Source: an uncultured Candidatus Binatia bacterium
GTDB lineage: Bacteria; Desulfobacterota; Binatia; Bin18
Length of the DNA: 64,000 bases
Assembly: GCA_965214605.1 (NCBI GenBank)
Contig: OZ243961.1
Coordinates: forward strand, 3,040,001 to 3,104,000
Reading direction: 5' to 3'
Shown piece after piece: positions 21,177 to 30,863 of the stretch. The stretch's first letter is position 1, and each line of letters begins with the position of its first letter. The translations under genes and the position numbers were made by a program. Below the pieces are notes generated by a model. The model saw only the letters and a list, made by a program, of their open reading frames with translations. It was not told the origin of the DNA and ran no database searches.

Positions 21177-22699
21177 ATCAACGTCTCAAAGCGCCGGCCA
21201 AATACGATGTAAACATCTGGGTGGACGAGGCGATCTGGGGACATCGTCTCTACAACGACCAGACTCCCTGGCTGGTCTTTCTGGAGTTTCTGGCCATCTT
21301 CCGATCGCGAAACCAAGAAGGTACGGCACTCAATGAAAACGGCCGGAATGGTGCGCACGAGTCCTTTACATACAACATTCCCCGATTAATCCCGCTGCGT
21401 CAGCTCATTTTTAACAATCCGCACCTTCGGCATATCGAGGCGACGCACGATGCCGACTCCGAACGCTGGCACCAGTGGTTGAACAAGTTCGGGACGGACG
21501 GCGATTTTAGCTCTCTGAAGGATCGTCTGGGCTCCTTTTCCCACCTCGCGCGGGTGATTGAGTTCTTTCAGACCACGGCCGTGGAGCCCCACCGCCGGCG
21601 TCGCTGGAGTTCAAAGTTTCTTTTTCCTTACGGCCCGGACTGTCTCTATGCCGATCTCCCAGCGAATATCAACGGGAGTCCTGACCGGCGGTTCTTTGCG
21701 CGCGGCGGCGAGTTGCTGTACCTCATGCTGAGCCGCAGTGGTGCGAGGGCGGAGGTCGCCCAGACGATCTCCGACAGACTGCTGCGCACGAATGAACAAT
21801 GGAACCGTGTCGTTTCCGCTCTGCTGCCGAAAGGTCTTGGCGCAGACTCAAATCTTGTGTCTAGCACGATCGGCTATCTCCCTTTTGCCAAGCGAGCTGA
21901 GTACGAGTCACTGGCGGATACATGGCGTCGCCTGCTGCGGCTTGACGTGCCCGCAGAGACGCTGCTCGATCCACTCGTGCGGCTCTCGGCTTTGCACATG
22001 CTGCTCTACATGCTACGCCGCGCGCTCGAAGAAATCGGCGAACCAAACGAGCCGAAATTCGTTCTTGAAGTTTCCTCCCCCAGAAAAACTACGCTCTTTG
22101 ATCTGTCAGCCGAAAACCTCCGAGCCAACAGAATGCTATCCACTCGTGCGGTACGTGCCCACGTTGAGTCGGCAAGAGACACCAAAGCGTGGCAAAAAGC
22201 TCTCGCCGCGCGTGCGCCCGGCGACCTCGTACGGAAATACTTGACCAAGCAGTTCCAATGGAACCCGGATGACAGCCCCCCGTCCGGCGATCCGGAGAGG
22301 ATCTTTCAGACCCTCCGCTCCTACGCGGAGAAGCGCCATCAACAACACGTGGCGAAAGTCCACCTCGAATGGGCGCGGCAGCTCGGGCTCGCCGTATCGC
22401 GCCGGGGTACGGGAACGTGGTATGCGCCGGATGACTCGCTGCTGAAAGCGCTTGTCATGTGCGTGGTCGACGAAGGTCGGGAGGAGTATCATCGGTTTCT
22501 CGCCAAACTCTATGACCATTTCCGGCTCGTGATTGGCGCAAGTGAGGCAGAACGCGCCTTTGGCAGCTTGCCGACCGATCAAAACGCCTTTATGCAGAAC
22601 TCGCAACGCCTCGAGCAGCGTCTGCGGACGCTCGGTCTGCTGCACCGCCTCTCCGATGATTGCGCCTATGTTGAAAATCCGTTTAGGAGCCGGGTATGA
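21173..22699 (+). CDS. DndG/DptG-like protein
   Basis: C-terminal RRGTGTWYAPDDSLLKALV...LRTLGLLHRLSDDCAYVENP resembles the DndG terminal wHTH; 508 aa. Confidence 0.55.
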   Translation: MNQRLKAPAKYDVNIWVDEAIWGHRLYNDQTPWLVFLEFLAIFRSRNQEGTALNENGRNGAHESFTYNIPRLIPLRQLIFNNPHLRHIEATHDADSERWHQWLNKFGTDGDFSSLKDRLGSFSHLARVIEFFQTTAVEPHRRRRWSSKFLFPYGPDCLYADLPANINGSPDRRFFARGGELLYLMLSRSGARAEVAQTISDRLLRTNEQWNRVVSALLPKGLGADSNLVSSTIGYLPFAKRAEYESLADTWRRLLRLDVPAETLLDPLVRLSALHMLLYMLRRALEEIGEPNEPKFVLEVSSPRKTTLFDLSAENLRANRMLSTRAVRAHVESARDTKAWQKALAARAPGDLVRKYLTKQFQWNPDDSPPSGDPERIFQTLRSYAEKRHQQHVAKVHLEWARQLGLAVSRRGTGTWYAPDDSLLKALVMCVVDEGREEYHRFLAKLYDHFRLVIGASEAERAFGSLPTDQNAFMQNSQRLEQRLRTLGLLHRLSDDCAYVENPFRSRV

Positions 22700-25600
22700 A
22701 GAGAAGTGAGCTGATTGCCTCGGTGGCGCTCGATTTTATCACGGCGCAAATGCAACAAGAACCGCAAGGATCGTTACGGTTCTGCATGCTCGGCCTTGAG
22801 GCGTCCCTCGTCCGTTCGATAGCAACGGCCGTTCTCAATGATCAGGAGAGCCGCGAACTTGTCTCGGTCAAGATCACAACGGTGTTTGATCCCGACGGCA
22901 CCCTGCCTGAAGACGCTCGGAGCGACCAATCCGTCACGCACTGGCGCCACTGCCGGCTTGCGGACGGCAAACGCGCCGTTCTGTTCGCCGCGTCTCAGGA
23001 GGAATTGCAACGGAACGACAAGAGTGTCGAGAAGGTTATCAAGATTGAAACCGATATGTTACGCACCCGTTACAACGCATGGCTTGATCACGCCGGCCTG
23101 ACCGTAGAGCGTCTCGACGTGGCGGGACGCGAGCAGCTGCAAACCGCCCTGCAGGCGATAGACGCCACGCATGTCGCCCGTACAATTGAGACCTTCGCCG
23201 ATTTTATCCTCGCGGTCGCCGAGAGCATTCTCATCAAAGGGCTCCCGCTCCAGAAAGCCGTCGACAACGCATTGCCCAGCCTGCGTCTACCCCGGTATTC
23301 GGGATATTTCGAGCGCATTCCAGCGAAGAAGCGAACACAAAAGGGGGAATGGAACAAGATATTCCGGCGACTGCGCACCCGAATCCGTCCCTTTCTCATT
23401 CGTGAGACCGAACGCAACGAACCGATCTCCGAAGACCAGCTTCGTGCCAATCTGGACAAGATTGCAGATCAGCTGACGGAGACCGAGCGCCGGACAGTCA
23501 AAGCGTTTCTGGAGGCGGACGTCAAACCGGATGATTGGTGCGACGCACAAAAGGCGCTGGTCGCCCTGGACTGGCGTCGAATCTCAGGCCTGTTTGAAGG
23601 CGTGACGAAAACGAGGCCTTCTCCGCTTGGCGGGGAGACCAAAAAGTTCTTCGACGACGAGTTCGGCGACCAGCTTGATGAGCAGGAGCGTGAACTCCTG
23701 GCCGGAGTGTTTCCCAAGGAACCCTCCGACGATCTCCAGGAGTTTTACGAAGAGCACAGGGAGGAGCTTGCGAAGGACAAAAAACTGTCCGGCAGGTGGG
23801 AGCGCTATATCTATCGCAACCCACAGACCTATCCGGATTTTCTCCTTGGCCTTGTCGCGACGGTCGACAGCCTACGACGGCGAACGCGGGACGATGGGCC
23901 GATCGAAAACAAGCTGGTGGTACGCATTCCGAACGCCCGCAAAAAGAGCTTTTGGCGCGGCAAGACCCCGCGTATTGCTCGCTACTTTGCGTTCCGCTAT
24001 CGGGGGCTTGGAGCGCTTCTCGGACCGGACGTTGAACTCGATTTCGGGAAGCTTGCGGATTTCTACTTTCCCGAGCCCGACGACGGTCTCGCAAAAGTCA
24101 CGTCCAGATCCAAAGAGGCGCGCTCAATCAAATTCGAGGTGCTCCTTGACCCGGACGGAGCCAAAGCCACGCTCATCTTCTACTGGGAGATGCCGGTCGA
24201 CGCGCTCGCAACCGCCCTGCCCGACGATCTCTTGAGCGTGGCAAACCTTGACCAAGCGCAGGCATTATTGCCCACCGCAGACATTGCGCGGCAGTCCGTC
24301 GGTGCTAAAGGCAGTATTCAGCGGATTGTGCTAAACGACGTCAACACGATCCGCGACGTCACGAACACCAACAACGGCAAGCTGGTTGCGCCCAATGAGG
24401 ACAGCGGGGACCGGAGCGGAGCATTCCGCTCGGCGCTCGAGGAGTTGCTAAGTGTCCTCAATCCCCCGGACCATCGGCGTATCGGGAGCGCCTTTGAGGA
24501 TTTTGTTGGTGCGTACACCAAAGCCCTCCGCGACTGGGTTTCCGGGGACGGTGCGGGCCTTGCGTCTGAGGCCCTGACGGCGCAGGCTGAAAAATATGGA
24601 GCGGTGTTGGAATGTCTCCTGCGGGGAGCCAACAAGGACCTCGCGCGTGAACGGCTCTGGCCCGAACTCATGCGCCTTGGCATCGCAAATGTGGGCGCTG
24701 GCGTCCCGGCGGCCATCATCACCCCCTGGCATCCCCTTCGCTTAGCCGGAATCAAGGTCAAGACGGACCAGGTGGTCCGGCTAGTCCAGGACGTACTCCG
24801 TGGGAATGAGGACGATATCTTTCGCAGCGACTTGCTGTTCGCACAGATTGAGCGCGATCTCGTATCGCCCTACTACCCGGAAGTGTGTATCGGATTCGAT
24901 AAGGACAAGCCTATGCTGTTGGCCGCAGCGGACTCCAGCTACGATTACACGCTGGCGGAGCCGCCGTTGCGGCAAGCGCGTCCAGATGGGGATGACGCAC
25001 TCGATGTTGAGCCCGGCGTGGCCGCAAAAAGATTTAGTGAGGTCGGCGAACAGTATCTCAAACTTTTGCCACATGAGCGCAGCAACTTTTCCGTTGTGCT
25101 ATACAACGCCGAATCCAAGGCGCTGCCGAGCGCCCTCGCATCCGAGCTCTCGAGTATGGTTGAGCAGGAAAACGAACTCCAGTGCGATTTGCTGCTGACG
25201 CATTCAGACCCGAAACGACTTCGACGCATCTACGAACAACAGAACGTCGCTGTGAGTAACGAGTCCGGGTCGTTGATGGCCAGCGAATCGGCACCAAACT
25301 TCCTGTCACGTCTTCGCGTCGGGTTTTGCGAGGCAGCGGATCTCTCCGCCGATGAGAACGGCCGGGCTACCGACCTGGTCGCTCTGCAGGATGTTGTCGC
25401 GCGCAACGCCAAGCTGGTTTGGAAGCCGGCACCGGGACACCGCCATCCCGACCTCGCGGACCACGTTCCCGCACGATGGTCGCGGCGACGACCGATAGGG
25501 CCGGCGGACACGGCGACCTCCGTCTACCTGGCCTGCCCGGCCCAGCCGCGGGTCGGCCAGCTCTATCTCAGCGCCGTGCACGGGTTCCTTGATGGTGATA

Positions 25601-28080
25601 ATGCGAGCGCCGGAGACGTGATACCAGCCCGCGAGGTGAAGTTTCGCGGCACCGACAGCGCGGACGTATTCAGCCGGACGCACCGGATGGGGGAGTGGGT
25701 TGTCAATTTCGACGAACTCGTTGACCGGCGGCTGCTCGCAAACAACGGCGTGCGGGTGGTCCGTCATATGCCTGACCGGCGGATTGAGCGCAACATTGTC
25801 GTCTCAACGACATCAAAGCCACGCTTGCTGCGGGTTCTCCTGCGTGAACGGCTGGAACGACTCGACCCGGCGATCGTGAAGGGCGATGACGTGATCGACG
25901 GATTGATCGACCAAGCCAATACCTTATCCGGGCAGGGGGTCATGCGCGCGGCGCGCTACGGACGCTACGCGAATGAACTTCTTGGCATCGTGCTTTCGAT
26001 GGAAAAAATCCGTCAAGAGCTCGGGGGAGTGGATTTTCCTCTTGGATGGTACTTTCTGGACGACTTCGCCTCGTGGTTTGGACAACGCGAAGAACAGATC
26101 GCTGACATCATGGCGCTCGCGCCGCGGGTCGAGGACGGAGAGCCCGTCCTCAGGATTGCCATCTCGGAAGCAAAATTCGTTGCCTCAAAGGGGTACCGGG
26201 CGCAGGCCAAGAAGTCTGCAAAACAGCTTCACGAAACCGTGGAGCGGATCAGGCGTGCCCTCGACCCGCTCCACAAACGAATCGACCGAGAGATCTGGCT
26301 TCATCGCCTCGGCGATTTCATGCTTGAAGGAGTGGAGCCTTTCGACTCGTCAAAGCTGAATGGCTGGGATCTGTACGGATGGTCCGATGAGGTACGGCAG
26401 AACAAGGTGCGTATTGAACTAAGCGGGTTCTCTCACGTGTTTGTACACGATGATGATGAAGCCGTGGATGCGGATGACTCGAGGCCACTCAAGGGGATGC
26501 CACATTGTTCTCAGCAGGTCTTTGACAAACAGGGTGTGACCGATGCGTGCCGTTCGTTCGCGGCCCGGCGCGCACGGCGTGGACAATCCTCAGACGACGC
26601 GGCGGGATGGGGCGATCCCCTCGTATCCTCAAGGAGCGGCGGCTCAGCAACGCCGACCACAAGGACGCGGCTGGTGGAAGGTGGCGCTCCGTCGGAACCC
26701 GCACCCGTCGTGTCCACCCATAATCCGAATCCAGCAGAGTCGGTCGCCGCCGACCGCCGTGAGATTGGAGAACAGCCTACCTCCTCGACGCTCCTATCGG
26801 CCTCGACGAACGCGCCCGCCGCAACGGAGCTCGCGAACAGTCATCAGAACGTGGCCGCGGACTATAGCGAGAAGTGGCCGTCGGGCGAACTCGCAGCCTG
26901 GGTCAATGCCGGGCGGATTTCCGAAGAAGAGGATGAGGAAGCCAAGGCGTGGCTTGATACAACCGTCAAAGCGCTGCAGCGTGCATTGCGCGGATACGAG
27001 ATGACGGCCGAGTTGGTCGGTGTCCGATTGACGCCGAACGCGGCGCTCGTGCGCTTTCGTGGGTCAGACGCTCTCACCGTGCCGAAAGTTGAGAAGCGGC
27101 GCCAGGAATTGTTGACTTCCCACGCCGTTGAGGTCATCAACGTCCTGGCCGCGCCAATGGAGGTAGTCATCATGGTCGCGCGGCCTAGTCGGACGATATT
27201 GCGCCTGCGCGATCTCTGGCGACAACGCGCTCTGCCGGTAAGCGCACCGCGGACGAATACGAGCCTGCTGCTGGGCGCTCGCGAGTCCAACGGCGAGCTG
27301 CTGTACCTCAACGTCGGGGGCAGTTTTGGCGGACAACAGCCGCACGGGCCGCATACACTCATCGCTGGCGAGACAGGGAGCGGCAAAGGCGTTCTTGTTC
27401 AGTGCCTGCTGCTTGATATCTGTGCGACCAACGCACCGTCCTCCGCACGCATTGAGATGATTGATCCAAAAGCTGGCATTGATTTTCCGTGGTTACGGCG
27501 GATGCCACATCTCAATGGGGACCTCATAACGGACCGTAAGGCGGCGATCGGTGTACTGGAAGCCCTTGTCGAGGAAATGGAACGTCGGAACAGGTTGCTC
27601 GCGGAAGTCGGGGTCACCAATCTGTCCCGCTACAATCAAAGAGTCGCACCAGCGGACCGTTTAGCGCGGATCTGGCTGTTCCACGACGAACTGGCGGACT
27701 GGATGATGAACGACGATTATCGCGACGCCGTCGAATTGAATGTAAACCGCCTGGGTGTCAAAGCGCGTGCATCCGGCATCAATCTCGTCGTTGTCACACA
27801 GCGGCCCGACAGGGATGCTCTGCCCATGCAACTCCGGGCAAATTTGGGCAATAGACTCCTCCTTAAAGTGGCCGACAAGAGGAACTCCATCCTGGTCCTT
27901 GATGAGCCGGGCGCCGAGCGGCTTCTTGGGCGCGGACACCTTGCGGCAAAGTTATCCGGCGAAGGCAAGGTCATTCTGGCCCAGGTCCCGTTTGCCAACG
28001 AAGAGGAGATCATGGAACTTGCAAAGCTTATTGAGAAGGCATGGACGGGTCAGGAGATACCCGCAGGCCAAGGCAGCTAG
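22696..28080 (+). CDS. Large DndH/DptH-like protein with PD-(D/E)xK-like motif and C-terminal FtsK/HerA ATPase
   Basis: 1794 aa; IADIMAL...ISEAKF; PHTLIAGETGSGKG, MIDPKAG, LFHDELAD, ARASGINLVVVTQRP, GAERLLGRG. Confidence 0.75.
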   Translation: MKRSELIASVALDFITAQMQQEPQGSLRFCMLGLEASLVRSIATAVLNDQESRELVSVKITTVFDPDGTLPEDARSDQSVTHWRHCRLADGKRAVLFAASQEELQRNDKSVEKVIKIETDMLRTRYNAWLDHAGLTVERLDVAGREQLQTALQAIDATHVARTIETFADFILAVAESILIKGLPLQKAVDNALPSLRLPRYSGYFERIPAKKRTQKGEWNKIFRRLRTRIRPFLIRETERNEPISEDQLRANLDKIADQLTETERRTVKAFLEADVKPDDWCDAQKALVALDWRRISGLFEGVTKTRPSPLGGETKKFFDDEFGDQLDEQERELLAGVFPKEPSDDLQEFYEEHREELAKDKKLSGRWERYIYRNPQTYPDFLLGLVATVDSLRRRTRDDGPIENKLVVRIPNARKKSFWRGKTPRIARYFAFRYRGLGALLGPDVELDFGKLADFYFPEPDDGLAKVTSRSKEARSIKFEVLLDPDGAKATLIFYWEMPVDALATALPDDLLSVANLDQAQALLPTADIARQSVGAKGSIQRIVLNDVNTIRDVTNTNNGKLVAPNEDSGDRSGAFRSALEELLSVLNPPDHRRIGSAFEDFVGAYTKALRDWVSGDGAGLASEALTAQAEKYGAVLECLLRGANKDLARERLWPELMRLGIANVGAGVPAAIITPWHPLRLAGIKVKTDQVVRLVQDVLRGNEDDIFRSDLLFAQIERDLVSPYYPEVCIGFDKDKPMLLAAADSSYDYTLAEPPLRQARPDGDDALDVEPGVAAKRFSEVGEQYLKLLPHERSNFSVVLYNAESKALPSALASELSSMVEQENELQCDLLLTHSDPKRLRRIYEQQNVAVSNESGSLMASESAPNFLSRLRVGFCEAADLSADENGRATDLVALQDVVARNAKLVWKPAPGHRHPDLADHVPARWSRRRPIGPADTATSVYLACPAQPRVGQLYLSAVHGFLDGDNASAGDVIPAREVKFRGTDSADVFSRTHRMGEWVVNFDELVDRRLLANNGVRVVRHMPDRRIERNIVVSTTSKPRLLRVLLRERLERLDPAIVKGDDVIDGLIDQANTLSGQGVMRAARYGRYANELLGIVLSMEKIRQELGGVDFPLGWYFLDDFASWFGQREEQIADIMALAPRVEDGEPVLRIAISEAKFVASKGYRAQAKKSAKQLHETVERIRRALDPLHKRIDREIWLHRLGDFMLEGVEPFDSSKLNGWDLYGWSDEVRQNKVRIELSGFSHVFVHDDDEAVDADDSRPLKGMPHCSQQVFDKQGVTDACRSFAARRARRGQSSDDAAGWGDPLVSSRSGGSATPTTRTRLVEGGAPSEPAPVVSTHNPNPAESVAADRREIGEQPTSSTLLSASTNAPAATELANSHQNVAADYSEKWPSGELAAWVNAGRISEEEDEEAKAWLDTTVKALQRALRGYEMTAELVGVRLTPNAALVRFRGSDALTVPKVEKRRQELLTSHAVEVINVLAAPMEVVIMVARPSRTILRLRDLWRQRALPVSAPRTNTSLLLGARESNGELLYLNVGGSFGGQQPHGPHTLIAGETGSGKGVLVQCLLLDICATNAPSSARIEMIDPKAGIDFPWLRRMPHLNGDLITDRKAAIGVLEALVEEMERRNRLLAEVGVTNLSRYNQRVAPADRLARIWLFHDELADWMMNDDYRDAVELNVNRLGVKARASGINLVVVTQRPDRDALPMQLRANLGNRLLLKVADKRNSILVLDEPGAERLLGRGHLAAKLSGEGKVILAQVPFANEEEIMELAKLIEKAWTGQEIPAGQGS

Positions 28081-28174
28081 GAGCTGTCGGCAGGCAAAAA
28101 AGGGTTTTGGCTGTCTGAAAATCTCGTCGATATGGCGAGGCTCATCGGCAAGCCGTAGCGGATTCAACACCGCC

Positions 28175-28775
28175 TTAGTGGCTTGCTAGCGGCAGATGTG
28201 GTCCGTGATAATCAATGACGATCCTTTTCTTCTCGCTAACCCAACGGAAATGAACGCGAAGGGTTTTCGTTTTGTCATCCTCGACCCCAATCTTGAGGGG
28301 CGACTCCATGAATATTGCCTTGCCTTCGTAGTCAAAAGTCCTGACTTGTCGTAGAGCCTTATCTCTAGCCACAGTTTCCGCTTCCTTCGCCGCGCACTCA
28401 TTTTTACCGAGGCACTTCTTGGTCCTGCTATTTCCATCTTTCATAAGAACGAGCTGGTACTCCGTCACCAGACGAATCCGCCTGTCCAATAGGCGACGGC
28501 TGTTTTTGAAAGGAGTTCATGTTTGTAGCGCTCTTCCGCGCTCTCTCAAGGGCCAAGCATTTGTTGCCATGTATACTCTGAACGACATTGAGGCACTCCA
28601 ACGGGGTAGGCGGAGCGCTTCGGCATGCGAGATCTCTGAGTTTGTCTATGTCGGCAGCAATGGCGCGTCCCGCGCCCGTACTAACAAGGCGGTCTTTTAG
28701 GGCCTGGATCTGATATTCCTTTTTCTTCAGTTCGGCGCTTGCATCTTCGCCCAAGGCTCTTGCTTCTGGGCTCAA
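28175..28775 (-). pseudogene. C-terminal remnant of a hypothetical protein ending in a RelE-like domain
   Basis: Frameshifted pieces ending LKIGVEDDKTKTLRVHFRWVSEKKRIVIDYHGPHLP. Confidence 0.45.
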
Positions 28776-28859
28776 TCGTATGACTGCCGAAGAGGGCGCC
28801 GACGCGCTTACTACCGAGGTGGCTGGTGTGTAGGTGCACGCCAGCGCTTACGCAGGGGG

Positions 28860-28970
28860 GGGCTGCTCGCCGTTCATGTGGCTATTAGGTTTGTGATTGC
28901 CGGACCGGAGACTGCGAGGACTGCGGCCCGCAGGGCTGCTCGCCGTTCATGTGGCTATTAGGTTTGTGAT
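28860..28970. repeat. Two identical 38-bp direct repeats with a 35-bp spacer
   Basis: GGGCTGCTCGCCGTTCATGTGGCTATTAGGTTTGTGAT at 28860..28897 and 28933..28970. Confidence 0.9.
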
Positions 28971-29090
28971 GGTCTACCGTGAGTCTCGAACGCAACCCGA
29001 GCGCCAGCCTGGGCGATGTCGCAACAGGCTTCAACGTCCGTCGTCCGTTCGAGTTGGCATCTGTGTTCAGTGGCGAGGGTTTTCACAGCT

Positions 29091-29702
29091 TCAGGCCTCC
29101 ATCTTCTGAATCAAGGTTTCGACCAGGCGCTTGGCCTGAAGCGAGGCCTCGGTCACCTTGACGGGGTCGATTTGGGCAAGGATATCGAAGGAATGTCTAC
29201 CCTTGCCATATTCGCCCTTTTTTTTGCAGCGCCGAGTCGCGGCCTTGAGTCCGTTGAGCACCTCGGTTTTGGTGACGTTTTCGACGTCGCTACGAGCCGG
29301 CAACGCACCACGATAGAATCCGTCGCCGAAAAACAACCCTAAAGTGTCTTTGTCGGCCAGAAACCACGCCTCCATGCACCGTACCATAAGGTGCGCGCTG
29401 TCGTCCGTAGTTGCCGCTGGACGCTCCCAGCGGTCCCGGTCTTTGAGGTGTGCTCAAGATCCGTTTCCCACCGCTACCGGCGCCTCGCTGTCTACCAGCA
29501 GGAGGATAAAGTCGTCTGCACCGGCCTTGTTGAGTGCGGTACAGAAATCGCCAAATGCCTGATGCCGCCCTCCGCTAGCAACAATCTTCGGCATTTGACC
29601 GTCGAGTCCAGCCTTGCGGAAGAACTCGCTGAAACCTGCGCGGCAACGTGTCCTCACGGCACTGACGTCTCCGCCACCCTCCACGTAAACTGTGACGTTC
29701 AC
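29091..29702 (-). pseudogene. DUF4276 (TOPRIM-like) protein with an in-frame stop
   Basis: VYVEGGG, LLVDSE, MVRCMEAWFLAD, YGKGRHSF; TGA at 29454-29456. Confidence 0.75.
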
Positions 29703-30863
29703 CAGCGGTTACCCCCCAGTTCGCCCTTGCGCCACAACTCTCCGAGGCTGTAACGCTGCAACCAGTCGGAAAGATCCGCCTTATCGAGACGCCGCATATT
29801 GGTCTGGCCACGGTGCTTCTCGCACACCACCACACTTTCCGGTGTGTCGGTCAGCGCATCGACCAACACCTCGGACTGGGTCGTCACCACGAGTTGGCAT
29901 CGCTCCGACGCCTCGCGTAGAAGGTCGCTGAGTGTCGGCAAGATGTCAGGATGTAGGCCGAGCTCAGGTTCTTCGATGCAGACCAGTGGTGGCGGCTTCG
30001 GGTGACAAAGGATCGCCAACAGGCAGAGATAACGCAGCGTCCCGTCCGACAGTCGTCTTGCCGCCACGGTGATATTATCTTCCTGGAGGAAAACCTGGAC
30101 GGTTCCAGCTTCGATAATGATGTCGAAGTCGGACACCCCTTCATACAGCTTCCGTAGGGCCTCGAGAATTTGGGCCTTTGCCTTCGGGTCGCGTTTCAGA
30201 CTGCTCAGGACCAGTCCCAGGTTCTTGCCATCCTCGACGAGGAAATCATTTGGCAGATCCGCCCTTTGAGGTAGGCGCGGCAAGGTGTATCGCCCGAAGC
30301 TCCACTCGCGGTACAACCGCATTTGACCGAAGACTTCGCCAATGTAAGTCAGCTCGGGATAGTGGTCGGGATCCCTGCGCTGTGAGAGGATGGACTGCTC
30401 CGGGTTGATCTCTTCACGTAAAAGCTTGCGCTGCCCGATCTCTTTGACGTTGAGATAGGGAACCCCATGCTGATACGCAAAATAGAAGTAGGGTTGATTG
30501 TGACCTGCATCCGGCCGTTCGTTTTCTATCCGTTCGTCGGTTACGTCAAATCGCTGGCCCTTCTCCGCGAAACCTAGACGGTATCGCAAGGCCTGCGGAC
30601 CTTTCGGGTTTTCCACGATCACGTCAATGCGCGCGGAAGACGCTTTGGGGTCACCGCGCCAAATCCACTCGTGAATCCCTCCCCCCTCGCGGATCGGCGC
30701 CGTGAGATTCCTTGGCGCCGCCTGGAGCAAATCGATTGCTTCAATGAGGTTGGACTTACCCGAGCCGTTTGGGCCGATCAGGATATTTAGAGGTCCCATG
30801 TCCAGCGTGTCGGTGTCGGCCGAAAGAGAGAAAATTCTGCAGTCTGATACTTCGAATGAGCAT
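29699..30863 (-). pseudogene. AAA_21/AbiEii-like ABC ATPase, frameshifted near the 5' end
   Basis: MLIRSIRLQNFLSFG then frameshift; IGPNGSGKSN, LSDGTLR, IEEPELGLHP. Confidence 0.8.

Noticed and set aside
22696-28080. Housekeeping cell-division FtsK
   Set aside because: No N-terminal membrane domain or gamma domain; operonic in an island and carries a nuclease-like motif
28860-28970. Calling this, or the 45507 and 57477 repeats, a bona fide CRISPR array
   Set aside because: Only two units each, the three repeats are unrelated, there is no canonical repeat end or leader, and no cas genes are in the window; kept as unexplained repeats
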